A program made the position numbers and the translations under genes. The notes under the pieces are model-generated. The model made no database searches and was not told where the DNA came from. It worked only from the letters and a program-made list of their open reading frames with translations. From Dictyostelium discoideum (taxonomy: Eukaryota), in the NCBI GenBank assembly GCA_000004695.1, contig CM000152.2, positions 224,001 to 288,000 of the forward strand: DNA of 64,000 bases, given 5' to 3'. This document shows, piece after piece, positions 31,026 to 47,424 of the stretch. Each line of letters opens with the position of its first letter. Within the stretch, counting starts at the first letter, position 1.

Positions 31026-32194
31026 TTATTATTATTATTATTACTATATATTTAGTTTATTGGTGTGTGTATGTATGTGTGTGTGTGTTTGTTTATTGTT
31101 TATTATTAGTTCGAGTGTGTGGGTTATTTTTTTATTTTTTATTTTTTATTTTTTTTTATAAGTATAGTTTTTTTTAATATTTGTGTGTTGTGAGTTTTAT
31201 TTTTCTTTATTCTTTTTATTTTTTATTTAAATTTTTATTTTATTTTATTTTATTTTATTTTATTTTATTTATTATTATATTACATGCAATAAAATGAAAT
31301 TAATTTAATATTAATGGATTATATTGGGATGAAAAAAAAAAAAAAAAAAAAAAAAAAATTTAAAAAAAATCTATTTGAACGAATTAAAATTTTTAAAAAA
31401 AAAAATTAAAAAAAAAAAAATAAAAAATTAAAAAAAATAAAAAAAAAAAAATAAAATAAAATAATTTAAAAAATTATATTCAAATACAAACGTTGAAAAC
31501 AATTACTCTCCCAGAAATTTGAGTAAAACTTAATTTTTTAAACATTTTTTTTAAATTGAATCAAATGTAACCAAAGTAATACGTAGTTTAAAAATAAAAA
31601 ACTATATAATATATATATTTTTTTTTAAGTAGGGATAAAAAAAAAATAAAAAAAAAAAAAAAAAGAGTTTTATTTTATTTAATATTATTTTAATTATTTT
31701 TTATTTTTTTTAATTATTTATTATTTTATTGATTAAAAAATTGGGATTTGAGATTTGGGAAAAAAAAAAAAAATATATATATTTTCATTTTTTTTTTTTC
31801 ATTTTTTTTTTTTTTTTAACAATTTAATTTTATTTATTTTTAATATGGATTTAGTACAGAAAAATAAAACACTCAAAAATACACAAAATGATATGAAATA
31901 TAAAAAAAATGAATGTAAAATATATATGCTTTTTGAATTTTTTAATTATTTTATTTTTTTTTTATTTTTTTTTTTTTTAATTTTAAATTCAAAGAATCAA
32001 TAACACATATTAATACTTTTAAAAAATTAAATAAAATTAATTTGAGATTTATTTTGATAGTTTTTGAAAAAAAAGATTTATTTTATTTTTTATTTTTTAT
32101 TTTTTTTTTTTTAATTATATTATTTTAAATTGTTATGTTTGCTAATAATGGTAGTCTTTTGAATGAAAATAATTTTGTAATTCCGAAATATACC

Positions 32195-33992
32195 TTAAAA
32201 TAAAGGATTAATTTCTTTAAGAATAAACATTATATCAGTGTAGTGATCACTTGCTGGAAGATCAGTATAATTTTCAAGTTTTTTCAATGCCGAGTTCAAA
32301 ACTGATATGATATGGCCCTCTAGTTGGAATCTGAAATTCTTGGTGGTACATATGTATTTAACATTAAAATTACTATTGATAGTTAATCTATCTAAATAAA
32401 TTGAATTATATGTAACATATGTTACTTTTTTATCTCTTTCAATTGAAATTGTCTTTTGTTTAAAATCTTTCCAAACATCATTACCACGAAAGCTTGAATT
32501 ATTTACAAAATATTCATTTTCAATTTTAGCAATTTCAGTACCAACTTCATCAATCGATGGTCTAACATTGACATCAAGTGAACACATTCTATTAATTAGT
32601 GATTCAAATGATAATGGAGTACTTTCAGGATAAATTAGTTTAAATCCATCTGAACGAATCATTCTAATTTGGAACTGTATTTACCAGTCATAGCAAGTAC
32701 TATTAACTTTAATAGAAGTGATAAAAAAAAATAATAACAATAAATTAATAAATATATATTAATTAAAAGGATTGATTGATTAAATGAGTAATGAAGAACG
32801 TACCTCCCATAAGACGATTCCAAGAGAAAAGATATCACAATGATGATCAAAAGTATAACCATCCCCACCTAATAATGGATCCATGTAACCAGCTGTACCA
32901 ATTGGTTTCAAAAGAGTTCTTTTTGTATTCTTTTGATAATCAGCTATACCTCTTCCGGTACCAAAATCACTAATAACGATTCTACCATCATTTTGAACTA
33001 AAAAGTTGGCAGTTTTAATATCCCTGTGAACCATTTGTTCATCACGAAGACATCTCATTGATGCCAATATATCATCAATGATTTTAAAAATGGAATGCCC
33101 TTTGCAAACATTTTATTGATTTCAGATGGTTTTGATTGTAAATTGAATTGAGCCATTGGCATTATCAAAAAAGCGGATTCATTCATTGAACACCAAAAGT
33201 TTTAACAACCGTAGTTCCTTCATATTTACTAACTTGACCAACAGCTGCAATTTCTTTTGCGAAATTGATGAAGCAATTATTACTACCAAAAGCCATGGCC
33301 TTAAATGCTGCCAATCTACCATTCAAGCAGCCTCCATACACCATTGCATTACCGCCAGAGCCAATAGTAGAATCCATATCAACATAACCTCTTAAAGGAT
33401 CAATATTAGTTATACGTGATAAATGATTACAAAATGATTGAGTACCCAAGTTTTTATCATTTAGTGAAGTAATTTGACATTTTTTTAAAAGTGTATCCCA
33501 AGTTAATTTAATTTCATCTTTTATAAATATTTTTTTCCATTTTTTTAGTTCTTTTGATCTTCCAGTATAATCAAAATATTGATTTATATAGTTTTCCAAA
33601 TTTTCAAAAATAGAACCGGAAGTAAACTCTAATAAAATAAATGACGGAATAAATGATGATAATTTGAAAATTTTATATGTTTTTTTGATTTCCATTACTC
33701 TATATACTATTTCTCTAGAAACTAACTTTTTAGATCTTTTTTTACCAAATTCACCACCACCCAATAAAACCAATTTAATTATATTGAGATTTGCACGTTC
33801 AATTGAATAATCTAAAACAGTACGTAGTTTATTATCTTGAATTGAATAATCATAATTTTTTATATAATTGATAATTGATAAGCAAAGGCAAACCATCGAT
33901 TCATTGGGATTTTTCATTAATGAGTGAAATGGTGTTTGACCTTTTGCATTCTTCTTTTTGATTTGAATCTCTAAAATATTTTGGACCAGCAT
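32195..33992 (-). pseudogene. Ankyrin-repeat protein kinase gene (3 exons). The N-lobe is disrupted by two single-nucleotide frameshifts, so this is either a pseudogene or the sequence has indel errors.
   Basis: The 5' ORF (33992..33183) has an ankyrin-like GQTPFHSLMKNPNESMVCLCL, then GSGGNAMVYGG (G-loop), AFKAM (VAIK) and helix C FAKEIAAVGQVSKYEGTTVVKTFGVQ, and then hits a stop. The next 115 nt encode, in a -1 frame, NESAFLIMPMAQFNLQSKPSEINKMFAKGIPF (beta5/hinge/helix D). A second -1 shift is needed to enter the frame encoding IIDDILASMRCLRDEQMVHRDIKTANFLVQNDGRIVISDFGTGRG...GTAGYMDPL...DIFSLGIVLWE. A clean intron (donor GGGAG|GTACGT at 32803, 129 nt, acceptor atacag, exon 32674..32195) then adds FQIRMIRSDGFKLIYPESTPLSFESLINRMCSLDVNVRPSIDEV. 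The only phase-consistent splice across the gap (GTAAAT donor, caaag acceptor) would delete subdomains IV-V and pass through the kinase-like coding text, so I favour the frameshift reading. Confidence 0.5.
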
Positions 33993-34120
33993 GTTTTAAT
34001 AAAAAATGAAGAAAACTATTTTTTTTGAATTTCATTTTCTAGTCAAATTTCTTTGTAAACATCATATAGATTTTTGTACTTTTTACATTTATTATCAGCT
34101 ATTATTACTCCAGTTAAATT

Positions 34121-35068
34121 TTATTTAGATAACGATTTGATAGCTTCAATATTTTCATAAAAACTCTTTGTTAATGAATTTTTTGGTTGACAATTTGCTA
34201 AACTGACTAATGATTTTTCAAAATAACTATCTTTAGGAGTTTCTGGTTGAGATTGCGGTGCTGTTTGAGATTCTGATACAGATGATTGAGAATCTAATAA
34301 TGTTGATGATGATTCTGATGAGTATAATAGTTGTTGGCTTTCTAATGGTGGAGATGGTTGAGATTCTAATACAGATGGTTGAAATTCTAATGGTGATGAT
34401 GATGATGGTGATGATGATGGTGATGATGGTGATGATTGGGATAATTGTTGTTGAATTTCTAATAATGGTGATGATGATGATGATGATGATGATGGTGATG
34501 ATGATGGTGATGATGGTGATGATGGTGATGATGGTGGTAATGGTGGAGATGGTTGAGATAATTGGGTTGGAGAATCTGGTGGTGATAAGTCAATTGGCGA
34601 ACTGGTGATGATTGTAAAAGAGATGATTGAAGACTTAATTGGATTGGTGATTGTGAAGGTGATTGATTTGGTGAATTAATTACAATTAATGGTACTTGGA
34701 ATGATACTTTTGTTTCAATATCATTTGAAGAATCAGAAGCAGACTTTAAGATAAAGTCAAATAATGATAGTTTTGTATGATCAACCTCTACGGACTTAAA
34801 AACGACACCAAATTTTTCAGCTTCATTATTTTCAGGGGTTGTATCACTATTGGTTTGGGAAGTATCACTTTCAGAGACAGTGAGTGAAACAATTTTTTTA
34901 AAATCTCTATCAGGATCTTTATCAAGATGTTCAAGATTTATTCCATATGTGTCAGTACCAACAAAATTTTTATATAGCTCTGTAATAAAAAATAATAATG
35001 CAACTTTATAATATCCAATGGAGTCTGGGTCTACTTTTTTTTCCCTACTTTTTTTTCCCTATTTTTTT
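34121..35068 (-). CDS. S/P/H-rich hypothetical ORF (about 300 aa) with one internal frame discontinuity. It has no start codon in its exon, so it is probably preceded by a short 5' exon.
   Basis: Minus-strand frame 0 reads GKKVDPDSIGYYKVALLFFITELYKNFVGTDTYGINLEHLDKDPDRDFKK...SPNQSPSQSPIQLSLQSSLLQSSPV. A -1 frame then continues DLSPPDSPTQLSQPSPPLPPSSPSSPSSPSSSP(S)n...ESQTAPQSQPETPKDSYFEKSLVSLANCQPKNSL...KSLSK* (stop 34121-34123). The switch is near 34640. It is absent from the ORF track because there is no ATG. A candidate 5' exon is ATGCCTACTTTTTCATCATTTATGAAGAGG|GTAAAT at about 35375-35404. Confidence 0.3.
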
Positions 35069-35685
35069 TTTTTTTTGATTATTATTATTATCATTTATTA
35101 CTATATAAAATGTAAATATTTCAATTAATATGAAAATAGTATTATTAATTTTCTTTGTTTTAAATTTTAAAAATTGTTTGGCTTCATAATTTCTCAACCA
35201 AAAGGTAATTAATTGTTTTGAAAATTATAATGATAATTTATTACCTTATAATAGACATTTTTAATTTTTAAAATTAACATGTATTTCAGAAATAGATGAA
35301 TCAATCGTCAAATCTCATGGGCTGTTCAGTAATGAATGCTTGATGCTTTCAATAGTTATTTACCCTCTTCATAAATGATGAAAAAGTAGGCATTAACCCA
35401 GAAAGAAGTGCAAGTAAATTATGACAAGGATAATGATCGTAAAATTAAAAATAAGAATTGGTTGGTGATGTAAAATAAAATAAAATAAAATAAAATAAAT
35501 AGTTTCTCCTTTCTTTATTTTTTCCACTCAAATTATCCAGTATTACCAAAAAGTTCAAAAATTATTTAATCCAGATGAAAATAATAGAGTTTAAAAATTA
35601 ATTTTATATTATTTAATTTTAAAATCCATTAGTTTATTAATTAAATTAAATAAATTACCATTTTTATTTTATTTTATTTTATTTT

Positions 35686-38139
35686 TTAATATTTTAAATT
35701 AATATTTGAATTTTTTAAAATAAAATCTTTTAATTCAATACTACCATGAGTGGAAGCGATAATGTAACAATTTAAATAATCATCTTGAGTGAATAAATTC
35801 GAATGATTTGTAAACAAATGAGAGAAAACTTCTAAAGCATTCAATTCACCAATACTTTGTAATAATTTTGATAAAAACATGGTTTTACTTTGTTGATCTT
35901 GATTACGTTTATCCATTATAAAATTTAAAAAACTATCTAATGTTTCAAAATTACAACGTTTAATAATATCACTAAAAACTGAATAAAAAAATAAATGATC
36001 AATAAAATTTATCATTTTCCCTGTAGGTTTATAAAATTCATTAAATTTATAAATAATGTTATTGTTGTTGTTACTGTCAATTTCTTTACAATCAATATTT
36101 TGATAGTATTCTATGATTTCATTAAAAATTTTAATTGTTTTACATTTTTCAATTCCAAAACTATCATAAATACCAAAACTATTTGATAATTCATCTTTTA
36201 TTAAAAAACATCTTTTAGAATCAACATCTTGTCTATTTTCTAAAACCCATTTTAATTTTTCTTTAGAATTCAAACAACTGTATTGCATATCAATTGGTGT
36301 TAATTCTGAAACAATTATTATGAATTTCCATAATGGAATATTTGCCATAGGTAAAAATGGATTTATACTATCATTTTTATTATCATCATAATTATCAGTT
36401 TCATCTAAATAATAAATATTTACTTTTTTCTCCCAATTAATTGGATTACATATTGGTTGCTGTTGTGGTTGATCTTGTTGTTGTTGTTGTGATGGTGGTG
36501 GTTTAATTAATTTTAAATTTTCAATTTCAATTAAATTAACAGAAAGTAAGAAATTAAACATTTTCTGAGATTTTATGAATTTAAAATGATTTCTTTGTAT
36601 TTTAATGTTATTTTCAAGTAAACCAACTGGATGATTAATTAAAAATTGAATTAAATCAATATTTTCATTAATTATCAATATCATTATTATGACTTCAATT
36701 TTACCTTGATATATATATAATTTTGTAAAATAATCATTTATTAAAGAATCAATGAATTTTGATTTAACCGATTCTAAATGCTTTGGATTCTTTAATAGTA
36801 ATCCAAATAATGGATATTTTGGTATATTAAATTGAGATAAATTATTTAAAGATTGGAAAGCACCAATTGATTTCAATTTTTTATAATCACCCATTCCAAG
36901 TGCAAGTCTTACAGTTTTCTTATGAGAATACTCTGGGAAATAGTTATTATCAAATTTAGCATTACAAAACATTAAATTACTTCTAAGATGTAAACTACTC
37001 GTATAAAAAATAGACATTCTAACAATTGATCTAAATGATTGATTACAACAATCTAAATCCTTAACCAAACAATTCAATTGTCGTTGTAATTGTTGTTCAT
37101 CTCTAAATTTATCAAGTTGTTCAATTGATAAAATTACATTTTCAGCTTCTTTAGATTTATTTACAAATTCAACGAATTTATAATTTTTAAATAATTCTTT
37201 TAAATAAATTATTGAATAACATGTATTTAAACAAAATTCCAATGTTTTATTCTTTACTGAAAAATCAATTAATGATGTAAAATCATCATTATCATTATCA
37301 TCATCATTATTATTAATATTAATATTATTTTGTGGTGGTATTGAAATTTTAATTGAATTTAAAAAATGAATTGATTTATTTCTATTTTCCATTGCCCCAT
37401 ATAAAATTATTTTTTTTTTATAATTTTTATTTGAATAATCAATATTAATTAATTGATAATATATTTTTGATTTTTCATCTTCACTTAAAATACAACCAAT
37501 TTCATCTTTTAAATAATTTGCAATATTAATTGAACCAACAAGAATTGATTTATAATATAATGGTGACCAATTTATATTTTTATTTTTATTTTTACTACCA
37601 CCACCACTTCTTAAAATTGGTTTAAAATTATATTTTTTAATTAATATATCAAATGCTACAACACAGTCACATAATGTTATATAAAATGCTGTTGAATTAA
37701 TAATTGAACTATTATTATTATTATTATTATCAATATCATTAATAAAATATTTTGAATAATTTTTAAAAAGATTAAAATAAAATTCTTTATTCTTTTCACT
37801 ATTTTTTTTAAAATTTTTAAAAATCTCTTGAAAAGGAATTTTATTTGAATCAAATGTAAATTTTAAAATCATTGAATTTTTAACTTTATCTCTTAATAAT
37901 CCTTTATTATTAATTGACATTAAATCTACATTTTTTAATTGATAATAATTATAATAAATTCTATTTTCCAAAATTTCATCATTATAATATTGTTGTTGTT
38001 GTTGTTTTATTTTTAAATATTTAAATATAATTGTTTTAATATATTTATTTTTCCAAATTTTAAAAAATAAAAAATCCTTATTATTATTATTAATACTATT
38101 ATTATTATTATTATTACTATTTTTGTTGTTGTTGTCCAT
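35686..38139 (-). CDS. N/I/K-rich hypothetical protein, 817 aa, probably a Dictyostelium-specific family.
   Basis: A single uninterrupted [46 protein letters not shown]... It has no recognisable catalytic motifs, an internal poly-Q/P linker (PPPSQQQQQDQPQQQP), and AT-rich flanks with poly(A) tracts. Confidence 0.45.
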   Translation of the reverse strand: MDNNNKNSNNNNNNSINNNNKDFLFFKIWKNKYIKTIIFKYLKIKQQQQQYYNDEILENRIYYNYYQLKNVDLMSINNKGLLRDKVKNSMILKFTFDSNKIPFQEIFKNFKKNSEKNKEFYFNLFKNYSKYFINDIDNNNNNNSSIINSTAFYITLCDCVVAFDILIKKYNFKPILRSGGGSKNKNKNINWSPLYYKSILVGSINIANYLKDEIGCILSEDEKSKIYYQLINIDYSNKNYKKKIILYGAMENRNKSIHFLNSIKISIPPQNNININNNDDDNDNDDFTSLIDFSVKNKTLEFCLNTCYSIIYLKELFKNYKFVEFVNKSKEAENVILSIEQLDKFRDEQQLQRQLNCLVKDLDCCNQSFRSIVRMSIFYTSSLHLRSNLMFCNAKFDNNYFPEYSHKKTVRLALGMGDYKKLKSIGAFQSLNNLSQFNIPKYPLFGLLLKNPKHLESVKSKFIDSLINDYFTKLYIYQGKIEVIIMILIINENIDLIQFLINHPVGLLENNIKIQRNHFKFIKSQKMFNFLLSVNLIEIENLKLIKPPPSQQQQQDQPQQQPICNPINWEKKVNIYYLDETDNYDDNKNDSINPFLPMANIPLWKFIIIVSELTPIDMQYSCLNSKEKLKWVLENRQDVDSKRCFLIKDELSNSFGIYDSFGIEKCKTIKIFNEIIEYYQNIDCKEIDSNNNNNIIYKFNEFYKPTGKMINFIDHLFFYSVFSDIIKRCNFETLDSFLNFIMDKRNQDQQSKTMFLSKLLQSIGELNALEVFSHLFTNHSNLFTQDDYLNCYIIASTHGSIELKDFILKNSNINLKY

Positions 38140-38159
38140 TTTTTAAATATAATACAAAT

Positions 38160-38197
<38 letters not shown>

Positions 38198-38492
38198 AAA
38201 AAAAAAAAAAAAAATTTAAAAAAATGAAAATAAGATGGAATTATAATTTTTAAATTAATTAATATTTAAATTTTTATTTTATTTTCTTTTTTTTTTCTTT
38301 TTATTTTTATTTTTATTTTTTTTATTTTTATTTTTATTTTTTTTTTTAAATTAATTACACACTCTTTCAAAATTCCTTATTTATATTTTTTACAACCTAA
38401 GTAGAAATAAAAAAAAGAGTGATAATTATATATATTATATATTATTTCTTTCTTGATTTTATATTATTATTATTATTTTTTTTTTTTTTTTA

Positions 38493-39444
38493 TTACAATT
38501 GTAAATCTAAAACAATTTTTCTACCATGACCAGATTGTTGTGATTTTAATAAAGCTTGATCAAATTCAGAGAATTTATGTTTTTCAATTAAAAGTTTAAA
38601 TTGTTTCTTACGGATAAGATCAAAGATAGCATCATAGACAGATTGTTTTTCAGAGTCAGTATGTTGTTCAAACCATTTATTTAACCAAAAACCACGAATT
38701 TGAATGTTACGGAAGATCAATTGAGAGGTTGGAATGGTGACTGGTTCACGAGACATACCACCATAAGTGACCAAGGTACCATTGTCAGCGAGGATTCTTG
38801 ATAACTCGGTGGCGGATTGACCACCGACGGCGTTTAATGCCAATTTTGGTGATGGTAAATCAGAGATTAATTTTCTGAATGCTGGTGTACGAACGTACTC
38901 TTCAGAGACGACGATGTCGCCACCCAACTGCTTGAGACGTTGGACGTTGTCTTCGAATTCTGAACCGTCACGAATGACATTGATGGTTTTGATACCACGT
39001 GCCTTTGCCAATTGAATGACTGACAAACCAACCATTGAGTTGGATGCGTTTTGAATGATGACATCGCCTTGTTGTAACTTTACGAAATCGTTCAATAACA
39101 AATAGGCAGTGGTTGGATTGATTGAAATGGTGGATAAGTATTCGGTTGGAATGTCTGATGGTACTTTAAATAATTGTTGTTCACTCCAAACACCTTTACT
39201 TCTCCATGATCCAAAGTGTTGTTTCATTGATGGTACTACTAAATCATTCTCTTTTAATCCTGTAACACCACTACCAACCTTTTTAACAACACCAACACCT
39301 TCCATACCTGCTACACCTCCAACTTGAACATTTGTACCATAAGTACCTTGAATAATATTTAAATCTGCTGGATTAATTGGTGCATGTAACATTTCAACTA
39401 AAACATCTTTATTTGAAATTTTATCTGTAATATTTTCATTTTCA

Positions 39445-39484
<40 letters not shown>

Positions 39485-39754
39485 AATATAGATATATTAA
39501 TATTTTTTTAATTTAATTTTTATTTATTCATTGCACTAAAAATATTGGGGAAACTTCCCCCTTCTGTGATCAACAATTTGGTTTAACCACACATACATGA
39601 TTTTTATTATTTTTTTTTTTTTTATTTTTTAATTTTTTTTTTTTAAAAAAACTTACTTTAAAGCAGTTGATGGTGAACCATGTGAAGCGATTTTAACACT
39701 TCTTGAAGTTGAATAACGACGAACTAATGAAATGATATTACGAGTAGAATTCAT
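38493..39754 (-). CDS. mecr: Mitochondrial trans-2-enoyl-CoA reductase (MECR/Etr1, MDR-superfamily enoyl-thioester reductase). Two exons, 350 aa.
   Basis: Exon 1 (39754..39657) encodes MNSTRNIISLVRRYSTSRSVKIASHGSPSTALK, an R/S/T-rich mitochondrial presequence. The donor is TTAAA|GTAAGT, the intron is about 209 nt with poly(A), and the acceptor is aaaaaaaaag. Exon 2 (39447..38493) continues (K)IENENITDKISNKDVLVEMLHAPINPADLNIIQGTYGT...GVAGMEGVGVV...TISINPTTAYLLLNDFVKLQQGDVIIQNASNSMVGLSVIQLAKARGIKTINVIRD..., matching the MECR family throughout. The total is 1053 nt. Confidence 0.85.
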
Positions 39755-39803
39755 TGTTTGATTAAATGTATGAATGAATTATATGCTGTATTAAATTGAA
39801 AAT

Positions 39804-39839
<36 letters not shown>

Positions 39840-40254
39840 AAAAAAAAAAAAAAAAAAAAAAATCAAAAAATTTTTTTTATTTTTCTTTTTTTCAAAAAAA
39901 TGAAAAAATTATTTTACGCACCGTAGTTCGAAAAACATATTTTTTTTATTTAATTTTGTTTTATTTTTTTTTTATTTTTTTATTCCATTCGTCTAAAAAA
40001 TTTTTCGTTTTATATTTTCAGATTTATTTATTTATATAAATATATAAATAATAAATAAATAAAAATAATTTTTTTTTTTTTTTTTTTTTTTGAACATAAT
40101 TTATTAAATGAATAAAATTATAACAAAAAAATAAGTAATAATAATATTTAATATTAATAATCTATAAATTTATAGTTGTATTCTTGCATACTCCAATTAA
40201 TGAAATTTTAAAAATAAAAAAAAATAAAAAAATAAAAATAAAAAAATAAAAAAA

Positions 40255-42297
40255 ATGAATAAAGATAATAATGGAAATAAAAAAGATAAAGATAAAAATA
40301 AAAATAATAGTACTAATAATAATAATAATAATGAAGATAAACATATGTTCACATATGGAATAAAAGATAATAATAAACATACACAACCAAAACCAAACAA
40401 TTACCAAATTCCATCTCATTTACAAAAGTATTCAAAATTTAAAAATTCATATTATAACACCAATTTTGAAAGTGATAAAAAGAAAGAATCACCCCAACTT
40501 CCATCTAAACAACAACCACCACAACAACAACAACAACAACAACTACAACAACAACCACAACAACAACCACAAGCAACTTTTTCAAAAAATCATATTGATA
40601 AAATCCAAGAAACTTTAAACAATGCAAAATCTAAATCTAAAACAAATAAAAAGCTTGATCACTTTATCCACAAGGATAAACATTTAAAAAATGAAAGTAC
40701 ATTGCAAATTACTGACCCCAAAACAACAACAACCACTACAACCACAACAACTACTACTCCTACCACCACTACCACTACAACTTCCAAAGATAAAGATAAA
40801 GATAAAGATACAGATAAACAACAGCAAAAACAAAGGGAGGAAATAAATGGAAAAGAAGAAGAAAAAGAAGAAAAGGATCAATCAATTTTTATAATAAAAA
40901 AAAATACATTTGAAATACAATTTAATGATAAAAATAATAAAAATAAAAATAATAATAATAATAATAATACAATATTAACAAATGATGAAAATGAAATTAA
41001 ATTAATAAATGAAAAAGATGATGAAATAATTAGAATTAATAAGATTAGAGAAAGACAAAATTCATTTCCATCATTATTTCCACACTATAATAAATTTACA
41101 AACGTTCATGCATCAGTATCATTACATAATCCATTCATAAGGTCAGATCATGGATATAGATTCATTTTATATAGATTCCCACATTTAAAAAATAGTAATA
41201 TTAAATCATATAATTTCTGTAGAAATATTACAATCTCTCATCTTCATTTCGATCCAAAACAATCTATTGATCGTTCATTGAAAAATATTACATTATTTTT
41301 AAAAAGAAATCAATTCTTAGATCCCAATATTGAAAGAATTTGTCATAAAGAAATTTTAAATAGTAATAGACATAGAAAAATTAGATTATCAACACCAATT
41401 AATAATAATAATAATAACACTAATAATAATTTATCAATTGATTTAACATCACCATATTCCTCTTCACTAACTTTTGATAAAAAAAACTCAAAGAAATCTA
41501 AAAAGAAAATATCATTTGAACCTACTCCAACAATTTTAACAACAAGATTAAGAACAAGATTAAATCAACAACAACCACCACCACCGCAACAACAACAAGA
41601 TAAAGGTAATGAAAAAGAAGTACAAGAAGAGGGGGAGGAGGAGGAAGAAATTGAACAATCAGATAGAGATACTGAAACTGATTTTGAAAATTTTAGTGAT
41701 TACTATGATGAAGATGATTATGACGATGGTAGTGAAGATGATTATGATCCAAATAATGATGAAAGTATATTAGATGATGATATATCATCAATGGGTGAAA
41801 TGGAATCTGAATCTGAATCTGAGTCTGAAACTTTTATTAGAATTGATGAAGATGGTAATACATTTTCTGGCAATGGTGCTGGTGCTGGTACTGGTGGTAG
41901 TGGTGGAAATAAAAAAGATAAATCTAATATTAGTAATATCGGATTCAATCATTTAGATAAATCAACTCAATTTAATGAAAGAATGTTTGGTGGTTCAAGA
42001 TTACATTATGAAACATTTGGTAATGATAAATTCATTATACTATCAACTGGTCCAATTATGAATGTTTTATCAATTTATCATTTAAATGATAACAATTCAA
42101 ATTCTTTCCCATTAGAATATAACTATGAATCACATTCATTAGCATATTATAAAGTACCACAAACAATTTTAAATATTTCAATTTCAACAATTTCAACAAG
42201 TATGTTATATAATCATCATCATTATTTTTATTATTTTAAATTTATATTAACCCCAAAGTTATTACTATTTACTATTTGCTATTATTATAGATTTTAA
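40255..42297 (+). CDS. Acidic low-complexity hypothetical protein, 680 aa, with poly-T, D/E-rich and SE-repeat regions.
   Basis: A single ORF with a (T)n tract ([19 protein letters not shown]), KDKDKDKD and ESESESE repeats, and an acidic tail DYYDEDDYDDGSEDDYDPNNDE. No conserved catalytic motifs are visible. Confidence 0.45.
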   Translation: MNKDNNGNKKDKDKNKNNSTNNNNNNEDKHMFTYGIKDNNKHTQPKPNNYQIPSHLQKYSKFKNSYYNTNFESDKKKESPQLPSKQQPPQQQQQQQLQQQPQQQPQATFSKNHIDKIQETLNNAKSKSKTNKKLDHFIHKDKHLKNESTLQITDPKTTTTTTTTTTTTPTTTTTTTSKDKDKDKDTDKQQQKQREEINGKEEEKEEKDQSIFIIKKNTFEIQFNDKNNKNKNNNNNNNTILTNDENEIKLINEKDDEIIRINKIRERQNSFPSLFPHYNKFTNVHASVSLHNPFIRSDHGYRFILYRFPHLKNSNIKSYNFCRNITISHLHFDPKQSIDRSLKNITLFLKRNQFLDPNIERICHKEILNSNRHRKIRLSTPINNNNNNTNNNLSIDLTSPYSSSLTFDKKNSKKSKKKISFEPTPTILTTRLRTRLNQQQPPPPQQQQDKGNEKEVQEEGEEEEEIEQSDRDTETDFENFSDYYDEDDYDDGSEDDYDPNNDESILDDDISSMGEMESESESESETFIRIDEDGNTFSGNGAGAGTGGSGGNKKDKSNISNIGFNHLDKSTQFNERMFGGSRLHYETFGNDKFIILSTGPIMNVLSIYHLNDNNSNSFPLEYNYESHSLAYYKVPQTILNISISTISTSMLYNHHHYFYYFKFILTPKLLLFTICYYYRF

Positions 42298-42400
42298 AAT
42301 TATTTATTTAAGAACTAGATATTCAGTTTATTATTTTTCAATAACTTATATTAAGAAAAAGAATGAAAAAAATTATAAAAATAAAAATAATAAAAAAGAA

Positions 42401-46651
<4,251 letters not shown>

Positions 46652-46729
46652 ATATATAATAAAGAAGAAAAAAAAAATCTTTTTTTTTTCCAGGTTTTTT
46701 TATTTATAAATTTAATTTTATTACAATTT

Positions 46730-46780
<51 letters not shown>

Positions 46781-46786
46781 ACTAAT

Positions 46787-47424
46787 TTAAAAAACGTCTG
46801 AAAAAAAACAGTGTTTTAAACATTGATCCCATGTTAATTTATCAGATTCTTTTTCTTTTTTACATAGTATACTCTTTATTAAAGAAATTAATGATTGATT
46901 TTCACTTTTATTAAACTTTTGAGGAATATCAATTGTTAATTGATTTTTATTCCTTATAAAATCTGCCATGGCTTCAAATGAATCAAATGGTGAAATTCCA
47001 GTTAAACATTGATATAAACAACATCCAAATGACCACATATATGTATGATCATATGAATATGGATTATTTGGTTTTAAAAAGATATCTTTTTTTTTTTATT
47101 TAATTTTTTAAAATAATTAATTAATAAATAATTAATAAACTCTTTTAATATTTAATTAAAAAAAAAAAAAGATTATTATAATAATTATTATTTACCTGGT
47201 GATAAAAATAATAGATTATAAATTACATTTTCGTCATGATCAAGTCTTGGTGTTAAACTATCATTATTTATAATAATACAAGTTAAATTAAAAAATTTAT
47301 TTGCAAATTTACAAAATAAGTTTGGATCTATAATAATTTTATTAAAAATTGATTGAATCATTTTAGGTGGTAAAGGACCATGTGATTGTATTATCTGTAA
47401 TAAATTTTTATGATCAAAATCACC
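46787..47424 (-). CDS. Protein-kinase-like gene, C-terminal two exons resolved. Upstream exons are not resolved.
   Basis: The last exon (47085..46787, acceptor aaaaag) encodes (D)IFLKPNNPYSYDHTYMWSFGCCLYQCLTGISPFDSFEAMADFIRN..., the APE-like and D-x-W-S-x-G subdomains VIII-XI. The preceding exon (47424..47196, acceptor aattttag, donor CCAG|GTAAAT) encodes GDFDHKNLLQIIQSHGPLPPKMIQSIFNKIIIDPNLFCKFANKFFNLTCIIINNDSLTPRLDHDENVIYNLLFLSPG. It carries GDFD in place of DFG. It is convergent with the 1416-aa gene. Confidence 0.4.

Noticed and set aside
33068-33182. Phase-consistent intron (GTAAAT donor at about 33213, caaag acceptor at about 33098) that would join the two kinase ORFs
   Set aside because: It would excise sequence that clearly encodes kinase subdomains IV-V in shifted frames and is not especially AT-rich. 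Frameshift is the better explanation.
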